Shown one piece after another: positions 10,476 to 25,400 of a stretch of DNA of 64,000 nt. The position numbers and the translations under genes were made by a program. The notes under the pieces were generated by a model. It had not been told where the DNA came from and did no database searches. It was given only the letters and a program-made list of their open reading frames with translations. The number at the start of each line of letters is the position of its first letter. Within the stretch, counting starts at the first letter, position 1. Source of the DNA: Utricularia gibba (Eukaryota; Plantae; Magnoliophyta); the NCBI GenBank assembly GCA_002189035.1, contig NEEC01000009.1:434001-498000 (forward strand), given 5' to 3'.

Positions 10476-13400
10476 ATGGCGAAGCAGCCTGTCAAAGAAA
10501 GCGTGCAGCTTTCAAGATTCGGGGTTCTGGTGGCGCAACTTGAGTCAATAGTGGTTGCCGCAACCCACAAGCCCCCGGACGCCCTCCTGTGTTTCGATCT
10601 TCTTTCTGATCTCATTTCCGTTGTTGAAGAAGAACCCAAGGTCATTTTCTTGGTTTTCTGATTTCATGTTTGATCGATGTCTCTGAGCTCGTTCCATCAG
10701 TTTCTGTTTTCCTGAAATGTTGTCTGAGACTTGCGATTGAACTTAGACTTCATACTGATGAACCTAAACCTGTGTATCGATTTTTGTGGGTTCAGTGGTT
10801 TTTGGCATCCTTGGTATTAGTCCTGTATTGTGTGGTTGGATATCCATGATGCCCTGACACTCTGAATATTGCATAGGCGAAATGAGGGCATTATTTCTTT
10901 TTTATTCATCCAAAGTCGGTATGATCCGTAATTTAAAGTTTATTGTCTTTGAATTGCAGCAATCTATTCTGCTGTCACAGAGGAGGGGCGAGGATGCACT
11001 TTTCTCTTTGCTGGTGTTCGGAGCTCGTAGGCCTGTTAGACATTTAGCCTCTGTGGCAATGGCAAAGATTATTCTGAAGGGTGATACAATCTCAATTTAC
11101 TCCAGAGCCAGTAGCCTGCAGGGGTTTCTTTCAGAAGGGAAGAAGAACGAGGCTCAGAAAGTGGCTGGTTTGTAATTATAGGTTTTCTATTTAGGATTAA
11201 TGTTTTTGCATTCATTTTTGAGATGTTTTGCTCGTGAATTTTACTTTCCTTCAATGTAAATACTTGCATATTATTTGATCGCACTGTGTGGTATCTTGAG
11301 TAGTCAAATTAATTCTTAGTTCTATTCTTCACGTTTGATTCAAGTAGTTAAACTGATACGAGGCTCTAAAGAGTCACACCATGCTGCAAATTGGCCTAAT
11401 GCACCCCGAATTACAAGTGCCTTTTGCTCTTCATGATGCTAAAATTACTCTTGATTATAGGAAGTCATCTTTTGGCTAATAACCAGTCTAGAGAGGTGTT
11501 TGTAGTTCCATATGACTGCCTGAAGGAATTAGCCTTCTAGATTTCAAGTGAAGGTTTGAAATAAAATGCACAGATCATTCTTGTTTCTTGTCAGTTATAA
11601 TTCAACGCTTTTTTTTTCATTTTTTTATGATGAACTATATTATCTCAGTTTCTGATCCCTGCTGTTTGCTGCAGGTGCTGCACAGTGCTTGGGAGAATTA
11701 TATGTTTATTTTGGGAGACAAATTCAATCTGGACTAATAGAGACCGTTAATATTGTTGCAAAGCTACTTAAGTTTACCGAGGTACTCGATGTGCTGCTAT
11801 TCTATCATTTAGGTGCAAAATGCTATTGTTATTGCTAATTTTTACATTGGTTTGCCTCCTATTTTGTCTATCTATATATATATAGCTGACATTTTTTGAT
11901 TCTCTATCTTGAAATTGATCATGATGATATCTGATGTTGCATAATTGTTGTTGATTTTCTTCATCTGGTCCGAAGGCCTATAATGAAAACATCCACTAGT
12001 TTAAGACTGCTGTGATTTTTAGTTTCATATGTGATAAAATATGTGGTTTAATGTTAAATATTTTAATAATCGGCCTCTTTTGCACTATTTAAATATATCC
12101 ACTTCTAACAGCTCTGTTTCTATAGAATTTTGTAAGACAAGAGGCTCTGCATATGCTTCGCAGTGCTTTGGAGGGTTCTGGAGGACATGCTGCTTCTGCG
12201 GCCTATGTAGATGCTCTTCGTGTGATCATGCGGGTTGGAGTTGTTGATAAATCAGCAAGTGTGCGGTTAGCTGCAGCTAAATGTTTGAAGGTGTTAGCAG
12301 ATGTTGGAGGGCCGGGATTGGGAATTGGAGACTTGGAGAACTGTTTGTCTTGCTGTATTAAGGTTCTTTGTGTTTCTATAAACGTCTGATTCGTATTTTT
12401 TTTCAGTACTTCTCTCTCTGTCTGGTATACTTTTTCCTTGTTATGAAAACCAGTGATTTAGGTTCCAAATGCTTTGTATCAGGCTTTTGAGGATCCCGAT
12501 AAGTCAGTAAGAGATGCCTTTACGGAAGCTCTAGGAGCATTCTTGGCGTTTGGAATGAATCCTAATGCACAGGTGTGATTTTGATTTCTGTTTGTTTTTG
12601 GAAATTTTAATTCTGTACTGTGTGACGAAGAATTGACCATTTTCCAGGTTCAATCAAGGGTAAAGGTGCCTGCTACTTTTAAAAAGTTTGAAGGAGGCCC
12701 ACAGAAGTATCTATCATCTCCATTTGCTAAAGGTACAGTTATGCTTAGACTTTGCTGAAAACAATTCCTTGTGTGTTATGAATCCTCCTAAACTTGATAT
12801 CAGATAGTTTTTTCGATCATCTAATGTTTACCCAATTTATTAAGTGCTAAATCTACAGCTGGTGGAATTCATCTGAAGGACATACGAGTGGCGATTGCCC
12901 TTTCATGGGTCAGTTTCTTGCAGGTAATTAACCACATTACTCGAAGCATAAACTGTCCTCTTGCGGCAATGAGTTATGATATATTCTTATTGCGATATAG
13001 CATTTTTTGCTGTCTTTTCAGATTATGGTCTCTATTTCTTCTATAAAGAAAAAAAAAAGTGAACGAGAACTTTGACCACATGTTCTGTATGATGAAGTTG
13101 CCAATTCTAAAGAGAAAATTGCTCCAACGGGCTCATTTCTTCTGGAAAAATTATCTGTAAAATGAAAAATTTTAAACCTTTTCCCGATGAATTGGGAGAG
13201 CCTAATCAATAAAATTGGTTCATTCAGATTTACCTAATGCATCTGTGGATGAAAAGAACATGGGTGTGACCTGTATGTACAGAAGTTCTGCATTTTGCAA
13301 ATGGACCAGTTAGTCAGAAGTGTCAATGATGGATATAGTGAAACATTTTTATATTTGACTGCAAGCAGTATTAATTTACAAGTCGGAAGATCTAACATAG

Positions 13401-16400
13401 ATTTTAAAAGTATTCATTTGCTGTACTTTGAAACTGTGGCACGGAGTAACGTTCACTTTAGCACATTTGCAGAGCATGTGCCTCAGGTATCATCAGCCAG
13501 ATAGCGAGCTGCAAAGTTATGCTCTAGAAGTTATGAACATGCTCTCTGGAGATATGTTCATTGATGCTCAAGCGCTGGTACCTTTTTTTAACTGGAAGTA
13601 TACTGTGTGATGCTATTTTTAGCATGTATTTCTGGAAATTTATGCCACTTTGAGTTGTCGAACTGCTGAATTAGATTGAACCTAGAAAACTTTAATCCAT
13701 ACAGTTCGTCAAGGCAACCCATCCATGAAAACGCATGATAAAATGAAAAAGTCTCATGAACCTGTAATTATTTTGTTGAAGTTTGATAGCATGCATTTTT
13801 TATTTTGAAGAATGTTAATGGTTACATATGCATGACTTCACAGTATATGGTAAAATAATTTTTTGAAGTGTTTTGTATCATGCTTGATGAGGAACCTCCT
13901 GACACACGTCTTTTAAATCTTAAGGCTTGTGTACTATATGTCATGCGGGTAGGTCTAGTTGATCAAATGAGCGAACCCACTCAAAGAAGCTTTTTAACTT
14001 TTCTCACAAAGCAGGTTTGTTATGAATTTCCAGCAAGTTTGTTCCTTTTTTTATAGGCCGTTAAAGAAACTGCATCATGAATAAGGTTTTTTGATGCAGC
14101 TTCAGTCGGCTGATTCCACCCCTTCCATGAAGGTTGCTGCTTTACGAACTCTCTCATATGTGTTGAAAACGTTGGAAGAGGTAAACGTGTTTTTACTTCT
14201 TTACATCATTTAAAATTTTAAGCAATAAAGTGACGTAACCAGTGAAAGAAGTCTTAGCAGCATAAGGTTACTCTGTTCAGTTGCAAGTGCACATTCCAAA
14301 CATTCACATTCCAAAATGTTTTTTGGATATGCTTCATTCAATTTTTTAATACGGAATTTTATTAATCAAGCTGATGCAAATTTGAGCTGTATTTTGAAAC
14401 ATTGTACATTTCATATGCTTGTCACAGGTTCCACATGAACTCAAGAATGCTATTGATGATACAGTCATTGCAGCAGTTTCTCACCCCATTCCCCTGGTCG
14501 GTTTTGTTTAGGTCTATCTTTCATTCATTGTTAGCATAGATTTAATTGTTGCAATGATCCAGATAGCCAGTTCCACTTTTTTACTGTTGTTCCAAGTCAA
14601 ATTGTTTTTCTCAGTCGCTCAAATATTAAAATAAATAGTATGTTTGGCCATAACTGCATGAAATGGTGGATTAGCTGGTTTATCTATAATACTTTTCTAT
14701 GAACCTTGTGGAGGTAACCCATACTTTCGAAAATGTGATGCTGTCATACTCTTAAGGGTTTTTGGCTATAATTGCACGAAAAACTGTGGGGTGACTATTA
14801 CTTAACCAGAATACTTTGCTCTGAACCCCGTGGAGGTAATTCAAGCTTGTGAAAATATGATGCCATCATGTCTTTATGTTCTTGACATATTCAATATATG
14901 ATGCTGGGATAACGTCATGTGAGTTGCTCAGGTAAGAGTTGAAGCTGCTTTGACTCTTCGCATCCTGGCTGAGGTTGATCCTTCTTGCATTGGTGGCTTG
15001 ATTTCTTATGCGGGATCCATGCTGAATGCTTCTAGAGAAATTGTTTTATTTGAGAAGGTAGGTCCCTTCATCTGCCACTTTGAGATGGTTTTCATTTCCT
15101 TAGTAGATGAAGTGACTCATTTTTTTACTTTTTTGGTAATTCGCTTTCACGCTTCATCGTTTGATCACTCTAGGCTGTTAAGATGGAACAAAATATAGGT
15201 GTTTTATTTTTTCCATGACTTTTTTTCCTTGGAAGTGCATAATGTATTGTTTACACAGGGATCTGATTTTAATAGGGAGCTTGGATCTCTAAGTGGGCAA
15301 GCTGCACTTTTAGCAGCCTTGGTATCTATTTCTCACAAGTTACCTCTGGGATACCCAAGCAGGTAGAGTTGCTGGAACCTCTGTTGACACTTCATGTTGT
15401 TAAGCTCATATATTATAAGTGGAGGATGAAGGTTCTTGGAGACTTACTTATATTCTTTGTCAATTCATATCATCACTGAAGCTTGAAAATGCATTTGAAT
15501 TTAGGAATAAACTCTGGCAATATGTGTAACGCTATCTTGTGCTTTCCCTTTTTCCCATTTGTCTATTGCTGCTGGAACGTTTTGTATGCATTTGTATGCA
15601 GCTTGCCCAAATCCATGGTTGAAGTATGCAGGAGTCTTCTTTTAGAATCTAGTAGAAATCCTATTGCAGCTTCTGTTGAAAAAGAGTCTGGATGGAATAT
15701 TTTGTCATCATTGTTGGCATCAATGCCTAAGGAGGTTAATGCTAAGCGCTATTTCATGGTCTAGTTTCAAAGGTTAACGACCTTTAAAGAGTAGAAAGAC
15801 AAAAAAAGAAACTTCCATTAAAGAACTGCTGTTGATGGGTGCAGGAGTTTCATGACCAAGTTTTTGACATTCTTGCATTATGGGCTTCAGTCTTCAAGGG
15901 GAGTCCAGAACAAGACATCATTCGTGCTCATGATCTTGCATCTGAAATTTGGTTAGCTGGAAAGCATTGTTATTTTATTTTCTTCATCAATTATTTTATT
16001 TTCTGGTTGTGATAGAAACTTTTCTCATTATGTGGATGAATGTTTACCATCAATAATGATTCGAATTAAAATGGGAATTGTGGATATGGTCACACCTCGT
16101 ATATGATGATCATTCTTATGATTCTATCACATTGTTATGTTACTATGCTCTTGCAGTGTGTGGTCTGCTGCTGTCGATGCTCTCACTTCGTACGTGAAAT
16201 GCTTTCTTTCGTCCGACTCTCAGAACAGAAGAATCCTGTTGCAACCAGTTCTTTTATACCTTAGCCGGTGCAAAAAATTCTTTATTCTCTATTTTTTTTC
16301 TGAATGCCAGAATTTTATTTCTTGGTTAGTAGGCCTCATCTTTTTCTGTATTAGGGCCCTTTCCTATATCTCACAACTTTCTGGAAAGGAAGACACTGGG

Positions 16401-19400
16401 GTAAAATCTTCGGCCAATTTGTTTGTGTTCCGGGTTTTGATAGCTTACCAGGCTCTCTCAGATCCATCTTTATACCGAGGTGACCATGCTCGCATCATTC
16501 AGATATGCACTACTCCATTCAGGTGATTATTATTGAGTTGCATATGTACAACCTACCTAGTTCATGAATGTTTATTGTTTAACTCTTTGTTCTTTGAATA
16601 GGCCTAATCATTATCCCTGATTCTTTTGAAAATAACAGAGAAGCTTCTAAATGTGATGAAGGCTCTTGTCTAAGGATTTTGTTAGATAAGAGAGATGCCT
16701 GGTTGGGTCCCTGGATTCCTGGAAGGTGGGGCCTATGTTCTGATATGCTTTGTTAACATGTTTATGTTTGATAATGTCATCATTCTTTCCCTCTCTTTGT
16801 CATGCTGATGAGGTACGCCTGTTTAGGGATTTGTTTGAAGATGAGCTTCGCTCTTTCCAAGGGGAAAGGATGGTTTGTTGGCATATGCCTGGAAAAATGA
16901 GCCTCCTAATTTCCCTCAAGTAAAGTGCTTTTATATTGCTCTATTGCTTGTTTCGTCATCAGAGAATACAAAGTTTTGTTTTTGTTTTATGTTTGACATT
17001 GATATGTGAAATACTGAAGCCTGAGACTATAAGCAAGATGGTGGTAAATCAGATGCTCCTCTTCTTTGGAACTATGTTTGCTTGTCAGGTTAGTGTTTCT
17101 GTGATCCTTTCCTGTGTTGTAGAGATGTTCTTTTTCCTTTCTCATTCTTTTTGTGTTCTCCAGGATAGCAGTGGGATGCTTTCTCTTCTTGGCATGGTTA
17201 ATGAGTGTCTAAAAGCTGGAAAAAAGCAAGCTTGGCATGCTGCCAGTGTGACTAACGTTTGTATTGGCTTATTATCAGGCCTGAAGGTGGTGATGTGACA
17301 TCTTCAATTATATTAAGTGCTTACCTCTTTCTAAAACTTCTTCATCTTTGAAGCAGTGTTTAGTTGCTCAGCGCCCTGAGCCATTGGAGTCGGAGATATT
17401 ACGTGCTGCACAGGCCATTTTCCAGGTTGTAGTGTTTATTTTAAGAATTCTTCTGTACCATCGAATTTTGGCTGACCATGAGACCTTGGTAGATCATTTT
17501 GTCTGAAGGGGACATCAATGTATCACAACGTAGAGCTTCATCTGAAGGTCTTGGTATATTAGTGAGACTAGGAAATGACAATTATACAGCCAGATTGGTG
17601 AGTGGCGTTGAGGCTTTTGAATGCACGAATTTCATTTCCTTCTGTTTGACAGATTTCTCCTTGACTTATATTATATTTTTAACACAATTCATACCCAAGT
17701 TCTTATAAGGCTGTATATGCAGGATTTTTGTCACACTTTTACACCACAACCTTGTCTTGGTTTCTGCATATTATCAGCTCTTTTTTCGTTCTAAAGTTGA
17801 TTTTTTTGTAAACAGACAAAGCAGTTTCTTGTTGATGCAAGTGGCACAGTTGACTCAAACTATGCTGGATCAATTGCTCTTGTTGTTGGCTGCATTCATC
17901 GGAGGTAACAACTTGATTTTCATTCTACGTGTAGCTTTAAATTCAAGTGCGTGTGTTTGTAGTAACAACTGCAGTAGATTTTGAAGTTTTTCTTATATCA
18001 TACAGCCCAAAGATAACTAAGCCTTTCGTATTATAAATGGCATGCAGTGCAGGAGGAATAGCTTTATCAAGTTTAGTTCCTAATACAGTGAATGTCATCT
18101 CTTCACTTGCCACATCTTCAGTTCCAAGTTTACAAGTTTGGGCCTTGCATGGCCTTCTTTTGACGATTGAATCAGCAGGCTTATCTTACGTATCTCATGT
18201 TCAGGTCTGTCACTGCATGATCGAATTTGCTATTATAGTTTATTTTGCCCTCATTTCTGGAATCCGTATCAAAAGCTTGATTCAAAAAAAAAAAAAAAAA
18301 ATTGCACTGATAATATTTGTGTTTGAAAGAAATATCATGTACATCATTCTGTGTGTGCATGTTCACTATCTCTAGTAATGAGATGCATCATTACTTATTT
18401 CCGGTGAACCAGTTTTGAAGCCCTGTTTCATCTTGAGATTAGAGTTCAATCCGATGATCGCTTACATTCTGCCCTGTGGGTTTTTTCTAGGACTTGGGAA
18501 GTTCTAAACACTTAGGCTACGTCCATCTGTTCTATGACAACGACAGTAATAATAAGCATGAAAGTGTGATATAGCTTCAACGCAAAAATTTACCTGGTTG
18601 GAGAAAGTGGGATAATAATGGGTTTGAATCTGCATGCCAGGGCTTAGTGTGATGGTTAGTAAATAAAATAATCAGAGAAGTGCTTCTTCAAAACCTTCGA
18701 GCTGGCTGCATTCACATGCACCTACTTAAAAACTCTTTTTTATGATAGCATGTTGATGCCGTTTTTAATTTTAAAAAATTCATACATACTGAATTTTGGT
18801 ATCTTTTATTACAGTCAACACTGAGCCTCATATTAGAAGTTATCCTCTCTGAGGACAGTGGTTTGGTCGATCTCCAGCAAGCAGTTGGCCGCCTCATTAA
18901 TGCAGTTGTTGCTGTTATTGGTCCTGAACTTTCCCCTGCAAGCATTTTCTTCTCAAGATGCAAGGTCAGTCCAAAAAGTTCATCCCTTTGAGTCAACATT
19001 ACATTTATCTGAAGATCTCGCTTGTATAATGTCTTCCAGTTGTACATGACATCTAATCTCTTTGTTCATAGGCGGCTATTGCAGAGATCAGTTCCTGCCA
19101 AGAAACGGCAACATTGCTCGAGTATGAGTGTCTACAAGTTTCCTTGCCCTGAAAGTGCTATCTTCTCGGCAGTCTTGCTGAATCATTGCTCTTTCGTTTT
19201 TTCAGGAGTGTGCGCTTTTCACAACAGCTTGTCCTTTTTGCACCCCATGCAGTTTCTGTGCATTCTCACTTGCAAACTCTTTTACCAACTTTATCCTCCA
19301 GACAGGTACTCTAAAGCAATTTCAATCAGCATAGATAAATTAGTTTCTGCAACCATTGAACTCATAATTTCTTGGATGTTGTAAGCCTACACTGAGACAC

Positions 19401-22400
19401 ACGGCTCTCAGCACTCTGCGGCATCTTATTGAAAAGGATCCGGTTAGTGCTTACACAGATTTCTCTGATTTGTATTTACTTTCTGAAAATGGTTGGGGTG
19501 CATTCACTTTGAAGGAGTGGTAGGAGTTGAAGTTACTTCCACATGCTTCAAAAGTTTAGAATTTGGAGCTCACTTGGTGATTCTGTGAGCCTCGTAATTT
19601 TCGTGTTAATGCCGTGGTAATGAATGCAGTTCTCCATTATTCGTGAGCAAATTGAAGAAACTTTGTTCCACATGCTGGACGAGGAAACGGATGCAGAGTA
19701 AGTTGAATTTGGTTATGTGACATACGGTGCTGGTTTCATTTCTGGAAGATGCAATGAAAACAAAATTTTGGGATGCAATATGCTGTTCAATTAAATCTAA
19801 AATCGTTGTGAATGACTTACTTTTCATCAGAATCGGGAATCTAGCACGTGCCACGATTAAGAGATTGCTTTACTCTTCATGCCCTTCACGACCATCGCAC
19901 TGGCTTTCTGTATGCCACCGTATGGTAAATTCCTAATAAATCTACTCTATTAGCAATTGCTGATGATTAAAGTGTTTGCATGTGACTCTTGTAAAAGGAT
20001 CACAGTGGAACTTTTTTATTTCCTAATGTTTACCCAGCTGGGAATCTTTGAAGAAATTTTTTTCTTAAAAATGGAACTTTTATTCCTTGTTGTGCCTTTT
20101 GCATTAGAATCTACATATCACTCTTTTTGTGTGTTGCCTTTGATGTAGATTGTTTTTGCATCGAAGTATAAGATCAAGAGTAAAGATACTTTGAATGATT
20201 CCTCATATAGCCCTCATGGTCATAAGAGACTAAATCTTGAGGAAGATGATGAGAATATGGTCTCAACTGAAGGCGCTCCAACTCCTACTTTACATGATAA
20301 ACACTTGAGATACCGAACAAGAGTTTTTGCTGCTGAGTATGTATTTCTCAATGTTTAGCAGCTGAATGTTTACCTTTTTTTATAGCTCAGTGGTTTTTGT
20401 GTCTCCTGTGGTTACCTGTTACAAGATACATTTTATTTTATTTTATTTTTTTCAGTTTTTTTAATCAACCTCAATTGTTGGAATCTCAGCTTGCCACAGT
20501 TTTACGTATCTTGGCATTGACATTAAATGACCAGCTCGGCATAACTGTGCAGCACCTGACTGAAATATAGTGAACTTTGCTGAGAGTGATAATCTAAATG
20601 TTGTTGTTTTTTAAGTTGAACCGTAATATGGGAGTCCATGAATGATCTCATGCGCTAGTTTATCTTAGTCAGTTTACTTGCAAGTCAGATATTTTCAAGG
20701 TTCTGTAGAGGCAACTTTGTTATGTTTCTTCTCGAAACTAAACAGGATGGGTTTGTTTTTTTTTTTTTTTTATAAATAATATTACTCTTTTTGTATTACG
20801 GAGAGTTGTTGTCGGTTTTTTGTTATGTGATCCAATAGATGGATAAATAAATTTTGTTTTGATTAACTTCTTAAAATAATAGGAAATAGAGTGGTTTGTT
20901 TCTTTGAATTGTTGTAATGTAGAAACGTTATGCAGCACCTTTTTGGATGTTGTCATTGCACTGAGATGCTCTGATTTACGCATGGAAATTAGGTGCTTGA
21001 ATCAGCTTCCTCTTGCTGTTGGAGAAAGTCCAGCTCACTTTGATCTTTCATTGGCAAGAGCGCGCCCTGGTATGGACTGGTTGGTTCTTCAGTTGCAAGA
21101 GATAATTTCTCTTGCATATCAGGTTCTTCTTTATGAAAATGAGCATCATTTTCTGCTTTGAATGTGTGAACAGAATCCAGTGTATCATGCTGTTTATTCA
21201 TATTATTTTTTTTTTCAGGTAAGCACCATTCAGTTTGAGAAGATGCGCCCACTTGGTGTGTCACTTCTGTGTAATATTGTGGACAAGGTACGTTGAAGAT
21301 CTTCCATTGCATCACCCTTCAATCATCATTTTTGCACCACGTTTATTTAAGGGTTACTGTCAGAGATCGGAATTTTTTGGGTTGTGAATTTTGTATCTAC
21401 ATTTGGAATTAATGTTAGACAACTAAAATATGCGGAACAGATAGCCCTCATGTTTGGTTTCAATCTATTCACTGATGATTTCCCAATCCCACTAAGATGT
21501 TGTTTATTGGTTGGTTCACCTTCATAGTTCATAGCTGCCGCAGATCCTGAGCTTCCTGACCACCTTCTTTTGGAGCAATATCAGGTTGACATTTGATTCC
21601 TTAGGTTTTAGTTATCTGAAATCTCTAGTTTTCAATCTGTCGTTGTTCCATTTACGTAGCTTATATAGGAGTATAATATTATCAGTATTTGTGAATATTG
21701 AATTTCTACTGTAGGCTCAATTGGTGTCTGCTATTCGAAGTGCTTTGGAATCATCTTCAGACCCTATTTTGCTGGAGGCAGGCTTACAATTAGCCACGAA
21801 GGTTAGAAGTGAAGCCTTTTTCTTCTTCCTCGCTGTGAATAAAATACATTAAGTGATTCAGATGTTGGCTTCATGTGAAATTGCAGATGCTTATCAGCGG
21901 GATCATTAGTCAAGATCAAGCAGCTGTGAAGAGAATCTTTTCCTTGATTTCTCGTCCCCTAGAAGACTTCAATAGTTTTTACTATCCATCTTATGCTGAA
22001 TGGGTCTCATGCAAGGTTTTTTTTTTTTCATTGTTAGATTTTGTGATCATGAAAAGGCCGTGCTTATGCCTGAAAGCATTTCCAGATGCATTACTTTACT
22101 TTTTTGGCCATTACAGGTGAAATTGAGGCTTCTAGTGGCTCATGCTTCTTTGAAATGTTACTCAATTGCGTTCTCAAGGAAACAGGGTGCTGAAAATTCA
22201 GATAGGGGTGTGGTCTTAAGGCCAATGTTTGCAAAAAGTTCAAGCAGTCTTGCAAAATATTGGCTGTCTTTTTTGAAGGACTTGTGCTTTATTTGCTTCT
22301 ATATACCTGTGGAAAATGTGAGTATCATACTTCCCGTTGAATAAATTAAGTGGATTCAATGCTTTGATGAAGCATAGCGTGCCTATTTTCCTCATGAACC

Positions 22401-25400
22401 TATGTGTTGTTTTTATTATCTCAGAGGAAACTATTTATTGATGGAATTGAAACATTGGTGAGTTCAGTTCAACTTCAGCCATTTCTGCAAGAAGCCTGGC
22501 CGACAATTCTTCAGGCACTGGTTCTAGATGCAGTTTGTTATAATCCTGATATGAAAATATCCTCACCATCTGAGAGAAAAGAAATTAATCCTGATACTGG
22601 CTTTGGGACAGTTGAAATACAAAAAGATGATTTCAAGTTTCTTTGGGGGTTTTTACTTCTCTTACTATTTCAGGAGCGAGATGTTACCCTGAATGGGCAA
22701 ATTGTCCCTTTCAGCTACTTGCAACCAAATTTCAGCAGTAACTTCACAAATGTTGATTCATTTTCTTTTTCCCAAAAGTTGAGCAATATTTTCTCCCCGG
22801 TGCTTCAATTTTTATCTTCTGAAAGTGTATTCAGATCAGGTTTTCTTACTCTTGATGCATGCAAAGAGTTGCTGGAGGTACATATTTTGAAAATACTGCA
22901 TGATATCTATTGACTTCTTGTTTACTTCATTTAGGTTGATTTAACCGTGTTTCACATGTGCTGCACATTGCCGCAGGTTCTTTTGTGCTTGATTTCCAGT
23001 GATGGTACATGGGATTGTGTTGCAATCTTTTTTATATCACAGGTCGCATCCACAATTTCTAGTTTCTAAATTTAGTTATGATTTTATGTAATGCAGTGCT
23101 TCCTTATTTCAAAAAAATGAACTCTATATTTTGTATTCAGACATTTTTTCCATTCTCCTGTATTGCAGCTGTGTATCACTTTTTTCTCAGGCTTATTCTT
23201 TATTAAGTTAACTGCATATCTTGTAGCATGTGTATAAAGATTCGCTATGATTCTACAGATGCGTGGGACTTTGCTGGCTGGTGATTTTGATCTAATGTGA
23301 TTGCTGTCGTACAGGTTGTACAAAATTGTCCGAAAGATTTTCTTGAAGAGGAGCATTTTGCATGCTTGGTGACGGAACTATGTTTTGCCTCTCTCTTCAA
23401 GTTCTTGTCTAGGTGCACTCATAGCATTTTGTACTTTTCATGTAATAACAAACACTTGCCTGACAAATTGTCTTCATTTTATTGGAACCAACAGCAATCC
23501 ACATGCTTCAGACTGGGGGGAAACAGCTTTTCTTGCACTTGTTGCCACCTCAGCGTTACTGAATCGCTTTGAAATTCAGGTATTCATAATGTTTTTTTTT
23601 TATCAGTAAGGTATACATAATATTTTCAGGTATATTCCTTGGAAGGCTAATATCTTGTACGTCCGTCCAGATGCAGCTGAAAATGTTGTTACCTTTCTTA
23701 TTAATTGGCTACAAGTGTCTTGAGGAAGCACCAAGTGAGATGGCCCTTTTGAAAGTCAAAGACTTTGTCCATTCCATTGCTTCTTCTTTAAGGAGACTTG
23801 GTAGGCACCCTTTTGGTATAGTGCAATCCAAGAATCAAATCTTAGATGGTGTTATTTGAATGTTTGTTGCAGCCACAACTCAATTTAGTTCAGGAGACAG
23901 TACCCCCTTGGTATCGGTGGTTCCAGTTTGTCTTAATACAGCAGCCTCTCTGACTGCTTCTTGGATCTCTATGATCCATCAAGTTAAGGATTCCAGCTTA
24001 CGCAAAGTACTACTTCTGAAGCTTGGAATCTCCATAGAACAGCTGTCATTATATGCAAATCTAGCTTTTGACTTTCAAAATCGTGGGTTAAGCCAAGAAA
24101 ATTCTGGAGAATTTATAAGAGTGTTGCATCTAAGCATCCAGTGTGTCCGGGATGTTCTTTCAGATTCCGACAGACAGGTGATGGTAGTCAAGCTTTAAAT
24201 CCTGGCTCTTTTACTTTCTAGTTAATGACAAGATCCTTGTGGCGCAGATCCAATTAATTGCCTTGCAAATGATCAAAGTCATGCTACAGAAAGAACTTGG
24301 TTCGGAATTCAATCCTTTTTTGATCTTTTATGTTGGGGAGCTTGTTGAAGATTTTTTCCTCATAATGCAGAACTTTTCAAAGGTAACAGTTTAGGCAGTG
24401 AGCTCTTATCCATGTCAAAATAAGTAGATTATTAATGTGGTTTCCATGACAGAACCCATCTGACAGAGAAGCAGTATTGATTTCTGGCGAATGTCTCAAG
24501 ATTTTGATGCTTTTGCAAACATTCACAGTTGGAAGTGTTTGCCAAAGGGGTTTAATCCATCTGCTCTTGGAAGCCTTTCTCATGGTTCTTCCAGCCTCTG
24601 ATGGTCCCCTCTCCCAAGTAAACTCAAGAATCTTGGAGCATAGAAATGTTCTCTACTCATCAATGCTAATCAAGTTTTCTCCTCTTGCAGGATTCTGTCG
24701 ATTTACAGAAACTCGCTGTAAAATTAGTTTCACAGCTTGCTCAAACTCCTAGCTCAGCAGCTTGCATCAAGGACATTCTATTACAAATGCCTGCAGTGAA
24801 AAGGCAGCAGCTGCAGGAGATGATCCGTGGTTCTGTGTCTCAAGGGAACGATGCAAAGCCAGTGTTATCATCTGGACCACCGTTGGTGATAAAATTGCCT
24901 CCCGAGACAATTAAGCACACTGAAGAAACGAAGATCTCTCATGATGAAGGTTCCCTTAATGGTAATGATTCCAGTGTTCAGGAAGCAGAAGAAGAGGAGG
25001 AGGATGACGATTGGGATACATTCCAGTCATCATTTTCACCCACAACAAGCGACACGGTTGCTGCAGCCCCACCTTCTCATGTTACAGGGGGCACTCAAGT
25101 TACTCAAGTCACTGATGCTGGCGCAGCACTTGCAGTTGGTGTTGATAATCAGACAGAAATCCACCCCGACCCTAGCACTTATTCTCAGCGACCAGATGAG
25201 ATTGTTGATGATGAAGCAGATGGTGGGGATTCATCAGCTGGTGCTCCGTCGGATGTTACAAAGCCCAGCACCAGAGAATACGACCCTCTTGGCATCAGTT
25301 CTGTGGAAAGTGAAATGCTCAGCAGTGATAGCAACAATGGAGCTTCTGCGGACCTGGAGGATGTATCTAGGATTCCTTCAGGTTCTGAGGAAGGACACAC

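Noticed and set aside
11625-11660. ATGATGA...CTGA as a C/D-box snoRNA in a SWEETIE intron
   Set aside because: The boxes are only ~30 nt apart, with no terminal stem or recognisable rRNA guide.
13040-13210. Exon-like stretch within SWEETIE intron 7
   Set aside because: It is not needed for the reading frame, has stops in all frames and shows no recognisable homology.
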